A stretch of 64,000 nt of DNA from a virus. Below are positions 1 through 8,621 of this stretch, in pieces. Position numbers and translations under genes: made by a program. The notes under the pieces are model-generated. The model was not told the DNA's origin and searched no databases. It saw nothing but the letters and a program-made list of their open reading frames with translations. The stretch is from the IMG/VR virus record IMGVR_UViG_3300036830_000184, positions 7,877-71,876 of that record. One strand, written 5' to 3'. Position 1 is the stretch's first letter. Each line of letters begins with the position of its first letter.

Positions 1-288
1 GGTGATCTGGCGGTAGCCGCCGCCATCCACCCGATCAATCGAGAGGGAGATGACCTGCGGCGAGCCGTCCGCGTAAGTAATATGCAACGTAATCAACTGC
101 CGTATTTGTTGCAGCCGCCACGACTCTGCCGCCTGCCGGTTGTCCCATTCGAGGGCCGAATAGAGTGCGGATGCCTTATGCGCCCGTGCCCATTCGAGCG
201 CTTCCCTTGGATACAAAATCTTGTCAGGCGACTGAGTTTGTAGCGCCAATAACTCTTCGCGGATCGTGTGTTGAAGCCTCGACGCCAC
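1..288 (-). CDS. Hypothetical protein downstream of the RAMP gene and array A1 (partial, runs off the window)
   Basis: Not in the ORF track because it has no stop inside the window. GTG at 288 follows AAGGGGAACAAA. My translation is VASRLQHTIREELLALQTQSPDKILYPREALEWARAHKASALYSALEWDNRQAAESWRLQQIRQLITLHITYADGSPQVISLSIDRVDGGGYRQIT, open for 96 codons. Confidence 0.75.
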   Translation of the reverse strand, partial: MASRLQHTIREELLALQTQSPDKILYPREALEWARAHKASALYSALEWDNRQAAESWRLQQIRQLITLHITYADGSPQVISLSIDRVDGGGYRQIT

Positions 289-303
289 TTTGTTCCCCTT
301 TGT

Positions 304-612
304 TGCCTGCCACGCCCCACCGAACCAGGTGATGCCCTGCCTACGTCACCCAACCTGCCATGCCATGCCGATCCGGGCCGGAAGCTGATTAGCCGCGCCA
401 AAGAAAGCGCCACCTGCCCAGCCCCCCTTACGGAGCGTAGCCGTGATGAACCATGGTTCGCCCGCGCCGCCTCGATATGCCAGGACAGTCCTCGCCTACG
501 TTGCCGTTGGGTGCCTGCCATGCCGCTCCAGGTTAGACGTTGCGACACCACGCCTGGCGTTGCCCGCCATGCCAGTATTTGCGGAGCGAGGAGACACCTC
601 GCCACGCCTGCC
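304..612 (-). repeat. Pentamer (GGY/CGY-NN) array A1, candidate guide-RNA array
   Basis: The minus strand parses as GGCA GGCGT GGCGA GGTGT CTCCT CGCTC CGCAA ATACT GGCAT | GGCG GGCAA CGCCA GGCGT GGTGT CGCAA CGTCT AACCT GGAGC GGCAT | GGCA GGCAC ... GGCCC GGATC GGCAT GGCAT | GGCA GGTTG GGTGA ... GGTTC GGTGG GGCGT | GGCA GGCAA. It starts 7 nt after the RAMP stop codon. Confidence 0.85.
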
Positions 613-619
613 AAAAGCC

Positions 620-1558
620 TCAGTATTTGAGCACCTTGAACTCGCCCCAGCCGCAGCCGGCGCTCATCTTGCTATCGGGCCGGCCCTCGCCGACGCCAAC
701 CTGCTGGCCCGCTCGTGCCAATAAGTTAACGACATCGTTCGCCGAGAACTGGTCGCCGTCCCACTTCAGGATCAGTTGCGCTTGCCAGCCATCGGCGAAC
801 ATCGGCCGGGCGCGCAGGTCAATGCCGCCGTTGGCGTTGCGGCCGGGGCGGATGTCGCAGCGCGGTTCGCCCTTGGTGATCCGGACCAGACCGGTGCCCT
901 GTTCATCGAAGCCATCGGCCATGACGAACAGCGACATTTTGGCGATTGTCATTTTGAAACCCACCGTGCGGCAAGCCGAAATCAGTGCGTTTCTGAAAGC
1001 AGACGCGGGAATGCCGTCCCAGCCTTCTATCGCTCGGTGTCTGGCGTTCTCATAGTTCTCGTCAAAGTCGCGGGCCTGGCGCGTCTTGCCCTTGCGGCTT
1101 TGGCTGCCGGCTTCCTGGGTTGCGCGGATGGTGTTCTGCACCTTCTGGCTGAACTTATGCAGCACCAAGGGGGTGGTTCCCTCGATCGTGACGCGGGCGA
1201 GCTCGAACTTCGGCGGTGAGATAGAGACGCGCGCTTGTGGCTTCGTTTTGTCGTCGGGATCGGTCAACCCAAGGTCGCGGAGATCGGACCGGATCTCGAC
1301 CGGGGGCCGGCGCTGGCCGGGGATCGGCGCTTTGACCCGCGCGATGATCTCTTGTTCATCCGGGGTAACCCGCCTCGCCGCCGGGCTACCGCGCCGCTTC
1401 GGCGGTAGATAGTCGGTATCGGGCTGCAAGGTCTCATCGACGGTGACGGCAACTACCTTCCGGGGCCGGCCGCGCTTCTTCGGCTGTTGGACCAATAGCG
1501 CGCCTTCGTCTGGGTGCTCGCCGCTTGAGTAAGAATTCCCACGTGATTTCACAGCCAT
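620..1558 (-). CDS. Stand-alone Cas7/RAMP-like protein with a disordered AT-hook N-terminal extension
   Basis: ATG at 1558 with SD AAGGGGAG (track ORF 620-1720). The C-terminal ~195 aa carry RAMP signatures: first strand ARVTIEGTTPLVLH, GIPASAFRNALISA (cf. IPGSSLKGALR), and terminal Gly-rich loop VGVGEGRP...GCGWGEFKV. The N-terminal part has KKRGRPRK. Confidence 0.8.
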   Translation of the reverse strand: MAVKSRGNSYSSGEHPDEGALLVQQPKKRGRPRKVVAVTVDETLQPDTDYLPPKRRGSPAARRVTPDEQEIIARVKAPIPGQRRPPVEIRSDLRDLGLTDPDDKTKPQARVSISPPKFELARVTIEGTTPLVLHKFSQKVQNTIRATQEAGSQSRKGKTRQARDFDENYENARHRAIEGWDGIPASAFRNALISACRTVGFKMTIAKMSLFVMADGFDEQGTGLVRITKGEPRCDIRPGRNANGGIDLRARPMFADGWQAQLILKWDGDQFSANDVVNLLARAGQQVGVGEGRPDSKMSAGCGWGEFKVLKY

Positions 1559-1672
1559 GGCCAGGTGCTCCCCTTGTTGCCATTTTTCGGTGCCAATCAA
1601 ACCAATTTTGGTTGACGAAAAATAGCAAACCATGCTCACGTTTGGGCGGTCAAGCGAATATAGAAAATAGTC

Positions 1673-1870
1673 ATGCAAATACGCAAAAGTGAGAATGTTG
1701 TTATTCGGCTGCACAAACACGAGTTGGATGTCGTTGTTTTGGCGGCGGCGAGTAAATTCCTATCGCCAACAGCGTGGGTGCGGCATCTGGTTTTGTCGGA
1801 GAGTTTCAAAGTGAAGGAGGAGCTAACGGAAAAGGCAAAACGGACTGACGGTGTCCCTTTGGCATCGTGA
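1673..1870 (+). CDS. Small ribbon-helix-helix-like DNA-binding protein
   Basis: 65 aa with RKSENVVIRL (beta strand) then two helices (ELDVVVLAAA, SPTAWVRHLVL). Divergent from the RAMP gene across an AT-rich spacer. Confidence 0.6.
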   Translation: MQIRKSENVVIRLHKHELDVVVLAAASKFLSPTAWVRHLVLSESFKVKEELTEKAKRTDGVPLAS

Positions 1871-1882
1871 AGGCCCTCCATC

Positions 1883-2558
1883 GGCATGGCAGGTAGGGAC
1901 CGGCACCGTTCGCAACGAGTGATCGGCATGGCAGGCTCGGTTCCGATTTCAACTCACGGCAGGGTTTGAGTGGGCACCGCAGGTCGGGCGCCGGAGGTTT
2001 GGCGCCGGAGGAAAGGTTCGGCGGGCTTGGGTGTCGAGGTCTGGCTTCGACGGCGCGATAGGCTTGGCGGGCTAGGCATGGCCAGGGCGACGAGGCGCGG
2101 TGACTTAGGTTTGGCGGGCGAGGCAATTCGTGGCCTGGGTCGGTCGTGCATCGATAGGTGAGGTGAGGCAGGTGAGGGCGGCGTCCAAGGTAGGGCGTGC
2201 GCGGTGAAGCAACGCAGGCGAGGGGCACCAAGGCATCGCTCGATGACGATGGCCCCCTATGGCATGGCAGGCGAGGCATGGTCACGGCGACGAGGTGCGG
2301 TGACTCGGGTCTGGCAGGCGAGGCGCACTTGGCAGCGATGGTCCGACATGACGGGGCCGGCGGGGCACAGTGGGGATCGACGGGGCAACGCACCGAGAGG
2401 CGCGGCAGGCGAGGCGGAACAAGGTCGATACTGGCTTCTATCGGCTTGACTCGGCAGGCTCCCAAGAACGCGGCGGTCGGAGACAACCGGCCCGTCATGG
2501 CAGGCTAGGATTGGCACGGCCCGGCAACGCCAAACTTGGCGAGGCGTCGGGCTTACGG
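1883..2558 (+). repeat. Pentamer (GGY-NN) array A2
   Basis: Recurrent GGCATGGCAGG / GGCAGGC / GGCGGGC anchors every ~40-60 nt with 5-nt-phased GGY-NN units between them, e.g. GGTGA GGTGA GGCA GGTGA. Overlapping ORFs are Arg/Gly/Ala-rich shadows. Confidence 0.85.
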
Positions 2559-2559
2559 T

Positions 2560-2590
2560 GGCGGGGGATCTTCGGGTCTCTCGCCTTTCC
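2560..2590 (+). terminator. Hairpin/terminator closing array A2
   Basis: GGCGGGGGATC-TTCG-GGTCTCTCGCC followed by TTTCC: an 11-bp stem including G-U pairs and a C(UUCG)G tetraloop. Confidence 0.75.
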
Positions 2591-2658
2591 TTTGTCCCCG
2601 ATGGTAATGTTGAGCCGCCGGCCAGCAGCCCGGTCCCCCAACCATCCGGGACTCTGCC

Positions 2659-3570
2659 ATGTCGATCGGCCAGCGTTACTACACACCCAACCCATTCGAG
2701 ATCGACGCCAACGGCGTGCCACTCGCGTTTGCGCAGTTGTTCTTCTATGCAACCGGGACGAACACGCCGCAGGACACCTTCTCTGATGTCGGGTTGACGG
2801 TCGCCAACGCAAACCCGGTGCGTGCGGACGCCAACGGCCGGTTTGGCTCGATCTTTCTGGCCACAACCAACGGTTACGCGGTCTCATTGTGGACGGCGCC
2901 GACCACCGACAACCCCGGTGGGGTCCAGGTCTGGACGGAAGACCCGGTTGGCCCGGCGGCGGGTGGGGCGGTCAGCAATGTCGTCGGGATCATCGGCGAG
3001 ATCCGCCAGTTCGCCGGCATCGCGGCCTCGATCCCGAGCGGCTGGTATCAGTGCTATGGCCAGGCGGTCAGCCGCACAACCTACGCGGCAGCCTTCGCGG
3101 CGCTCGGCACAACCTGGGGCGCTGGCGATAGCTCGACCACGTTCAACCTGCCCGATCTACGCGGCCGGGTGACCGCTGGCCTCGACAACATGGGCGGTTC
3201 GGCGGCCGATCGGATCACCGCTGGGGTGTCGGGGATCGCCGGCACCACGCTTGGCGGGTCCGGTGGCGATCAGGCGCAGCAAGAGCACACCCACACCATC
3301 AATGATGGTGGGCACACCCATGCGCTTACCGATCCGGGGCACGTTCATACCGTCAATGTTGCCACCGCGGTGACGGGCGGATCGGCCGCGGGCCTATCGG
3401 CGACCGATGCGGCACCGGCCGTGGTGCCGTTCGGGGTCAACACCGCGACGACCGGGATCACTATCGCCTCGGCGACGACCGGGATCACGAACAGCAACAC
3501 CGGGGCCGGCGCGAGCCAGAACGTGCAGCCGACATCGATGGTCTACAGCATTATTTATCTAGGAGCGTAA
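2659..3570 (+). CDS. Tail fiber protein with tail-collar domain
   Basis: N-terminal DANGVPLA..LFFYATGTNTP..NPVRADANGR virion-attachment-type region, collar motif GEIRQFAG..PSGWYQCYGQAVSRTTYAA..FNLPDLRGR, and HTH/HVH repeats. Confidence 0.85.
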   Translation: MSIGQRYYTPNPFEIDANGVPLAFAQLFFYATGTNTPQDTFSDVGLTVANANPVRADANGRFGSIFLATTNGYAVSLWTAPTTDNPGGVQVWTEDPVGPAAGGAVSNVVGIIGEIRQFAGIAASIPSGWYQCYGQAVSRTTYAAAFAALGTTWGAGDSSTTFNLPDLRGRVTAGLDNMGGSAADRITAGVSGIAGTTLGGSGGDQAQQEHTHTINDGGHTHALTDPGHVHTVNVATAVTGGSAAGLSATDAAPAVVPFGVNTATTGITIASATTGITNSNTGAGASQNVQPTSMVYSIIYLGA

Positions 3571-4343
3571 TGACAGCGCCGGTTGCTCCGTTCGGCGGAT
3601 CTTCAAACCAGAAAGCCAACAGAGTGCCGGACCCTAACAATGCTTCTCGGTTCAGTTTGGCTGACCCGATGCGGATTTCGATGTGGACTGTCATCGGGTC
3701 GGTGTTCGCCTCGGTGCTGACCGCCGGCATCCTCGGTGGGGCCAGCGGCATCCTCCAGGTCCCGAACCTGATCAATCAGGTGGCGCTTTTGACCGCGTCG
3801 CGCGAGCTTGAGAACCACTCCCTGTCCGCGCTATCGGAGCGCACCCGCAGCGCCGAACTGACGTTGGAAGGATTACAGCGGCAGGTGAACGATATCGCCG
3901 CGCGGCAAAATCAGTTCACCGTCCGGCTGGAAAAGATGGACAGCGAGGAGCGCACCCTCGATGTGGCCACCCAACGCGAGATTTCTGAGTTGGAAGGCCG
4001 CAGCAAGGACCGGAGCACCCAGGCGATCGGGCTGGCCACCAACGCCTCGACGGCGATCAGTGATCTAAATGAACGCCTGAAATCCACGGCCGATGGTCTA
4101 AATACCCTGCGCGCCGTCGTTTATGACCTGTCCATGCGATCAGGTATGCGACAAAACCAATCCCAGCAAGGCTCTCAACAGCAATCAGCACCCAGGTCAT
4201 TTGGCTCCCCTTATGATCGCCAGCACGACGGCGGTCCCTTCAGCAAGAAGCGCCTAGAGGAAGATGCAGCCGGCCCCGGCGTTGCGACAGCCGCAAGGGC
4301 TTCACTTAAAAGCGAGAAGCACGTTATGGTTGTTTCCCAATGA
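3570..4343 (+). CDS. Membrane-anchored coiled-coil protein (possibly lysis-associated)
   Basis: One hydrophobic segment (WTVIGSVFASVLTAGILGG) followed by a long heptad-rich region. Coupled to its neighbours. Confidence 0.55.
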   Translation: MTAPVAPFGGSSNQKANRVPDPNNASRFSLADPMRISMWTVIGSVFASVLTAGILGGASGILQVPNLINQVALLTASRELENHSLSALSERTRSAELTLEGLQRQVNDIAARQNQFTVRLEKMDSEERTLDVATQREISELEGRSKDRSTQAIGLATNASTAISDLNERLKSTADGLNTLRAVVYDLSMRSGMRQNQSQQGSQQQSAPRSFGSPYDRQHDGGPFSKKRLEEDAAGPGVATAARASLKSEKHVMVVSQ

Positions 4344-4768
4344 TGGAATTTCTTCAAGCGGTTGTCCCGACCGTGCTGACAATCGCCGGTGCGGTGGCCA
4401 GCGGCACGATCGCGGTGTTTGTGCCCAAGCTGGTGGGCGCGCTCGCGGCCCACACGGGCATCACCCTGACCGAAAATCAGCGGCAGACGGTGTTGGATGC
4501 GGTGCAGACGGCGGCCGGCGTGTTGGAAACCCACCTCGATAACAGCATGATCCGGCGCGAGCACATCAATGCGACCGGTGCGGTTGTGCGCGAGCAAGCC
4601 GGCGCGGTGCTGGCGGCGGTGCCCGACTCGGCAAAGGCTTTCGGCCTGAATGTGCCGGACATCGCGCGAATGATCGTCGGCAAGGTCGACACGGCCAATC
4701 ACCCGCCGCTGCTTGCGCCCTCGGTGGTGACGCCGATCCCCCCTTCATTGCCGAAGGTGCCCACATGA
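4340..4768 (+). CDS. Putative holin-like membrane protein
   Basis: Dual Met start, N-terminal TM segment, then an amphipathic region (LTENQRQTVLDAVQTAAG). Confidence 0.45.
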   Translation: MMEFLQAVVPTVLTIAGAVASGTIAVFVPKLVGALAAHTGITLTENQRQTVLDAVQTAAGVLETHLDNSMIRREHINATGAVVREQAGAVLAAVPDSAKAFGLNVPDIARMIVGKVDTANHPPLLAPSVVTPIPPSLPKVPT

Positions 4769-4941
4769 GGCTGATTATTCTGGTCATCCTGTTGGTGATC
4801 GTCTTCGGCGGGGTCGGGGGTTACTACGGTCCGGGGTGGTTCGGGGGTGGCCCCGGCTGGCGGCCGGTCTATGGCGGCGGCGGCCTCGGATTGCTCGTCC
4901 TGATCCTGCTGATCCTGTGGCTGGCCGGGGTGCTGCGCTAG
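4765..4941 (+). CDS. Small Gly-rich two-TM membrane protein
   Basis: Below the track cutoff. ATGA overlap with the upstream stop. Translation MRLIILVILLVIVFGGVGGYYGPGWFGGGPGWRPVYGGGGLGLLVLILLILWLAGVLR. Confidence 0.65.
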   Translation: MRLIILVILLVIVFGGVGGYYGPGWFGGGPGWRPVYGGGGLGLLVLILLILWLAGVLR

Positions 4942-5115
4942 GGCTTATTGAGACGCGGCCAGGGCCGGCTCAATACCTTTTCCATGGCTTCCCGTTCGAG
5001 CGGACATTGCTGGTCGTAGACGCGCCACGCTTGGATGTTCCGCTCGCCGATCGCCCGGATCTTGCGTTGTTTCCGGGCGACCATCCGCTCTAGGGCCTCA
5101 CCGCCCCAAGCGTCC

Positions 5116-6999
5116 TCATCCGCCATCGGCCGGGGGCTGCGCGGGTGGGGCCGTGTCGAGGGTCTTGAACCGAGCGCGCGCCGCCTTCTGCACCGCCTCG
5201 CAGAGTTCCGGCGCGGCGATCTTCAGGGTCGCCAAGTGGCGCACGACCGATTGGTTCTTCTCCAGGGCCGCCAGGGCAACGGCCGTTTTGCAGGCGGCGA
5301 TGTCACGCATCAGCCCGTCGTGGATTTCTTGCGGTGTTGGCATGGGCTTTTTGGTCAGGGCCTGTTGCTTGGCCTCCAGCAAAGTCTTGGCGGCGAGACG
5401 GTATTTCGGCGGGAAGTCGCGATAGATCGGCTCGTTGAGTTCGATCAGCCGGTTGAACTCATCCGGCGTGGCCACGGTGACCAGCACCTGACCGAAGCGT
5501 TCGTTCCAAGCGTCCCATCCGGCCTTGTTCGTGGTGGCCGGCGGAGCGAGTTGCAGCGGATCGGCCTCGGCGGCATCCGGTTGCGACTCGGGTTCGGGCT
5601 CGGGCTCGGGCGGCAGCCGTTCGTCAGTCGGTGGTTCCTGGATCGGCGGCCGCGGCGCCATGATCAGCATCGCCTCATGGCTGATACGGCCGGCAGCTTG
5701 GGCGTCCTCAATGTTAGCCTGGCGGATCAGTTCCACGTCGCCGGGGAAGCAGCTTGAGAGCGCCCGCATGAAGGCCCGCGCGTATTCGACGGGGTCGGTG
5801 TAACGCTCGCCGGTAAAGCCATCGCCCTCGATCGGTGAGCCGTCTGGGTCCACCAACCATGCCGAGAAAGCCGGAGGCTGACCGATCTGCACCTCGGGTT
5901 GGCTCGGCTCCGGGGGCTCGGGCGGCGGTGGTGACGCGGCAGCCGGCGGCGGCACGTCGGTTTTCGGCTTAGTGACGGCGGCGCGCGGCGGTTTCACGAC
6001 AACCGGCTCCGGTTTCACCTCTTCTCCCGGCGGCGTCTCCGGGTCGTTGGCCACCGAGCGCAGCCCGAAGGTCGCCGTCGTGTCGGTCTCGTCCTCGACC
6101 AGCGGGCCGTTCTCTTGGTAGCCGCCATCGGCAATGGAGGCGTCGCCGTCGATCACCGAACCGAAATCGATGGTGCCGCGATCCTGCGACTCATCGAGCG
6201 CCAGCACGCCGGCCAGTTCGACCGACTTCGGCAGCCACGCCGCCAAGGAACGGAACACGGTTTTGCCGCCCATCTTGCGTTCGTATTTGACCCACGGCGC
6301 CTCGGTCCAGGTCCCTGGCAACTTCCACCCGTTCTTCTCGGCCGCCTCTTTGGCCGCGAGCGCCGAGCGGAAGCCCTGACTGCCGTTGCGGATCTTGAGC
6401 ACGTCAGCCCACGGCATGACATGGAACGCCTGACCGGACCTTAGCGACGCGTGGGCATAAGCGAACATCGGCATTTCTTCGTCCGGCCGTGCCCGCTCGG
6501 GCCGATGGCTCAACACCGCGTTGGTGCCGTATTCAAACTTGAAGCGGCCGTTGTCGTATTCGTCTCTGTAGGCCACGTCGGCGTGGACGCTGGTCACCTG
6601 GCCCGAGCGATAGCTGAGATCGAGCAAGCCCGGATACCCGAAGATCAACTGCACCTCGTAGCCGATCAACTCCCGCTCGCGCTTCTGCTTGTTCCATTTG
6701 TATTTGCCGAAGGGGATCAGGAACGCGTGCTGCAATGGGGTGTTCGGTTCGAGGCCCACCTCGGAACAGGTGAGCATGGCACCGAGCACCGAGCGCATTG
6801 AGCATTGCAGCAGAAGCGGGGCTTTGGAGGTTGCCTGCACAAAAGTGCGGAGCATCCGCTGCGGCTTCACGTGGCTCGGGGCCGATGCCTTGATCCGCTC
6901 CATCAACTCGGCGGACTGGAAAGCCTCACCCAGGTTGCGGCAATCCTTCAGGGTCTTGAATTCCGCCCGGCTCGGTGCGGTTAGCTGTTGGCCGCTCAT
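5116..6999 (-). CDS. recT: RecT-family ssDNA annealing protein with long C-terminal extension
   Basis: LLQCSMRSVLGAMLTCSEVGLEPN..HAFLIPF..VQLIFGYPGLLDLSYRSGQV..MGGKTVFRSLAAWLPKSVE. Pro-rich linker and extra domains follow aa ~290. Confidence 0.85.
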   Translation of the reverse strand: MSGQQLTAPSRAEFKTLKDCRNLGEAFQSAELMERIKASAPSHVKPQRMLRTFVQATSKAPLLLQCSMRSVLGAMLTCSEVGLEPNTPLQHAFLIPFGKYKWNKQKRERELIGYEVQLIFGYPGLLDLSYRSGQVTSVHADVAYRDEYDNGRFKFEYGTNAVLSHRPERARPDEEMPMFAYAHASLRSGQAFHVMPWADVLKIRNGSQGFRSALAAKEAAEKNGWKLPGTWTEAPWVKYERKMGGKTVFRSLAAWLPKSVELAGVLALDESQDRGTIDFGSVIDGDASIADGGYQENGPLVEDETDTTATFGLRSVANDPETPPGEEVKPEPVVVKPPRAAVTKPKTDVPPPAAASPPPPEPPEPSQPEVQIGQPPAFSAWLVDPDGSPIEGDGFTGERYTDPVEYARAFMRALSSCFPGDVELIRQANIEDAQAAGRISHEAMLIMAPRPPIQEPPTDERLPPEPEPEPESQPDAAEADPLQLAPPATTNKAGWDAWNERFGQVLVTVATPDEFNRLIELNEPIYRDFPPKYRLAAKTLLEAKQQALTKKPMPTPQEIHDGLMRDIAACKTAVALAALEKNQSVVRHLATLKIAAPELCEAVQKAARARFKTLDTAPPAQPPADGG

Positions 7000-7609
7000 T
7001 CGGCGTGTGTCCTTTTGTCAAATCCTGAATGTGCCAATGCAGACGCAAGGTCATCTCCAGGTCGGTGGTGGCGTTGTGGGCATCGGTTACGCGCTCTCCA
7101 AGAAGGGTGCGCACAGCCTGCGTCAGGGTCGGTGACTTGAAGGTGTTGTTGCCGGCAGCCATCATCGCGCTGCTCGGGGGTAGTTTGCAGCGCGGGGTCG
7201 CGGCCTGCATCACATCGACAATGGGCTTCCGTTCCAAGGCTTCGATCTGGCGCCGGCTCGCGCCGTCACGCAGTAGGGCAATCCGCATAATACGCTGATC
7301 GAATAACGGCACATAGCCTAGGATGACCGATGCACGTGCCCAAGCGTCCATATAAGTCCTGGTGACGATTGACTCTTTCACGCCCAGCCGCACCGCTTCC
7401 TCTTGGGTGATGCCGTGGATCGCTATCGCGGCGGGGGGAATGATCCAGCCATCCGGGCGGACCACGAGGTCCCAGGCTGCAATTGCTTGGCGGGTGTTGG
7501 GATCAACGAGCTTGGCCGCGAACTGCACGATATGCGGTTGGCCCGGATCGTCACTCGGGGTTTTCCATAGGACTAAGCCGGTTGTCTCCAAGTCCATTGC
7601 CAGGATCAT
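6926..7609 (-). CDS. DEDDh 3'-5' exonuclease (DnaQ-like)
   Basis: MILAMDLETTGL (ExoI), HGIT, FDQRIM (ExoII), AHNATTD (ExoIII). The start at 7609 overlaps the upstream stop (ATGA). Confidence 0.85.
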   Translation of the reverse strand: MILAMDLETTGLVLWKTPSDDPGQPHIVQFAAKLVDPNTRQAIAAWDLVVRPDGWIIPPAAIAIHGITQEEAVRLGVKESIVTRTYMDAWARASVILGYVPLFDQRIMRIALLRDGASRRQIEALERKPIVDVMQAATPRCKLPPSSAMMAAGNNTFKSPTLTQAVRTLLGERVTDAHNATTDLEMTLRLHWHIQDLTKGHTPNERPTANRTEPGGIQDPEGLPQPG

Positions 7610-8409
7610 TTGCGCACCGTCAGATCGTCTACGTCGCGGATGGTCACGCCGTCGATGATGGGGATTGCATCGCCCGGCTTGCCGATGGCGGCCCGGATCA
7701 GCGCGTCCGAGGGCACGCAATAGGCGCGCGGCACCAAGGCCGGTTGGGTGATCTCAAAGAGCCGCCGCTGATTGAGGCTGGATGTTCCGAAGTCGCTCCC
7801 GTGGGCGCGGGTGCGCGTGGCCGGTTTGGCGTCGGCGACGGCGCGCGCCTTCTCCGCTTCCTCGGCTGCGGCTGTGGCGTCCTTATAAGAGACGGTTCCC
7901 GATCCTTGGTCGGCGAGGTGTTCGGCTTGGCGCGCGAGTTCCGCCAGACGGGCGGCCTCGGCTTCGTCGGCCTGTTGCTTGGCGAGGTTCTTCGCGGCCT
8001 TGTAGGTCACCACGGCCTGAAGGATTTGTTCCGCCAGCGTGAACGGGGGTTTCCGGTCGCGCAGAGATCGGATCGTCAGATCGGGGCCGATGGTCCCATA
8101 GGTGGCATCGATCGCGCGCCCGGCGGCCAGCACCGGCGCCTTGAGCGACACGCGGGACGTTTCGACGCTGCCGTTGGTCGAAAGGAACCTTTGCAGGACA
8201 GCCAGGATCTCCGCCGCGGTGCCGTCCTGTTCATCGGTGGTGATGGTCGGATGGGCTTGCAGGAAGCGCAGGCAACTCGCGGTCAGCACCGCCGCGCGAG
8301 CCCTCAGCGGCTCGGCCGCTACGTCGAGGATGGCTTGGACCGTTTCAAGCGACAGCAGGTCACTCAGCGTCGGGAGATTATGGCCACGGGACGGAGGATC
8401 ACTCATCAA
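7606..8409 (-). CDS. Hypothetical helical protein in the recombination module
   Basis: 267 aa. RVSLKAPVLAAGRAIDA and C-terminal LVPRAYC..IDGVTI; coupled to the exonuclease gene. Confidence 0.65.
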   Translation of the reverse strand: MMSDPPSRGHNLPTLSDLLSLETVQAILDVAAEPLRARAAVLTASCLRFLQAHPTITTDEQDGTAAEILAVLQRFLSTNGSVETSRVSLKAPVLAAGRAIDATYGTIGPDLTIRSLRDRKPPFTLAEQILQAVVTYKAAKNLAKQQADEAEAARLAELARQAEHLADQGSGTVSYKDATAAAEEAEKARAVADAKPATRTRAHGSDFGTSSLNQRRLFEITQPALVPRAYCVPSDALIRAAIGKPGDAIPIIDGVTIRDVDDLTVRK

Positions 8410-8621
8410 TTATTCCCATAGGGATAGATCGCGTTCGCCACCAACTTGGCCGCCTGGCGGGTGCGAAGCGGCATGTGGCAGCAGGCGCACTCGATCGTTC
8501 GAGCGCCATCTGGTGCGACGATGGTCCAGCCGCCCTCGCGCCATACGACGCGCAGACCATCGGTGCGCTCGCTACTGTTGTTCCAGCCGGCGATGTCGGC
8601 GAACAGGGACTGGCCGGTCAT
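8406..8621 (-). CDS. Small hypothetical protein (CxCC)
   Basis: ATG at 8621 overlaps the stop of the upstream ORF (TGATG). Confidence 0.5.
   Translation of the reverse strand: MTGQSLFADIAGWNNSSERTDGLRVVWREGGWTIVAPDGARTIECACCHMPLRTRQAAKLVANAIYPYGNN

Noticed and set aside
304-612. Simple decayed microsatellite
   Set aside because: Variation is concentrated at two positions per unit, segments are punctuated regularly, and the same grammar with flanking hairpins recurs at 11 loci. Neutral slippage would not be expected to produce this.
1806-2517. Track ORFs over the arrays (e.g. 1806-2498, 93-614, 14720-15130, 36505-36834, 49403-49780)
   Set aside because: Arg/Gly/Ala/Pro-rich translations of GC-rich pentamer sequence with no RBS or recognisable motifs; treated as shadow ORFs.
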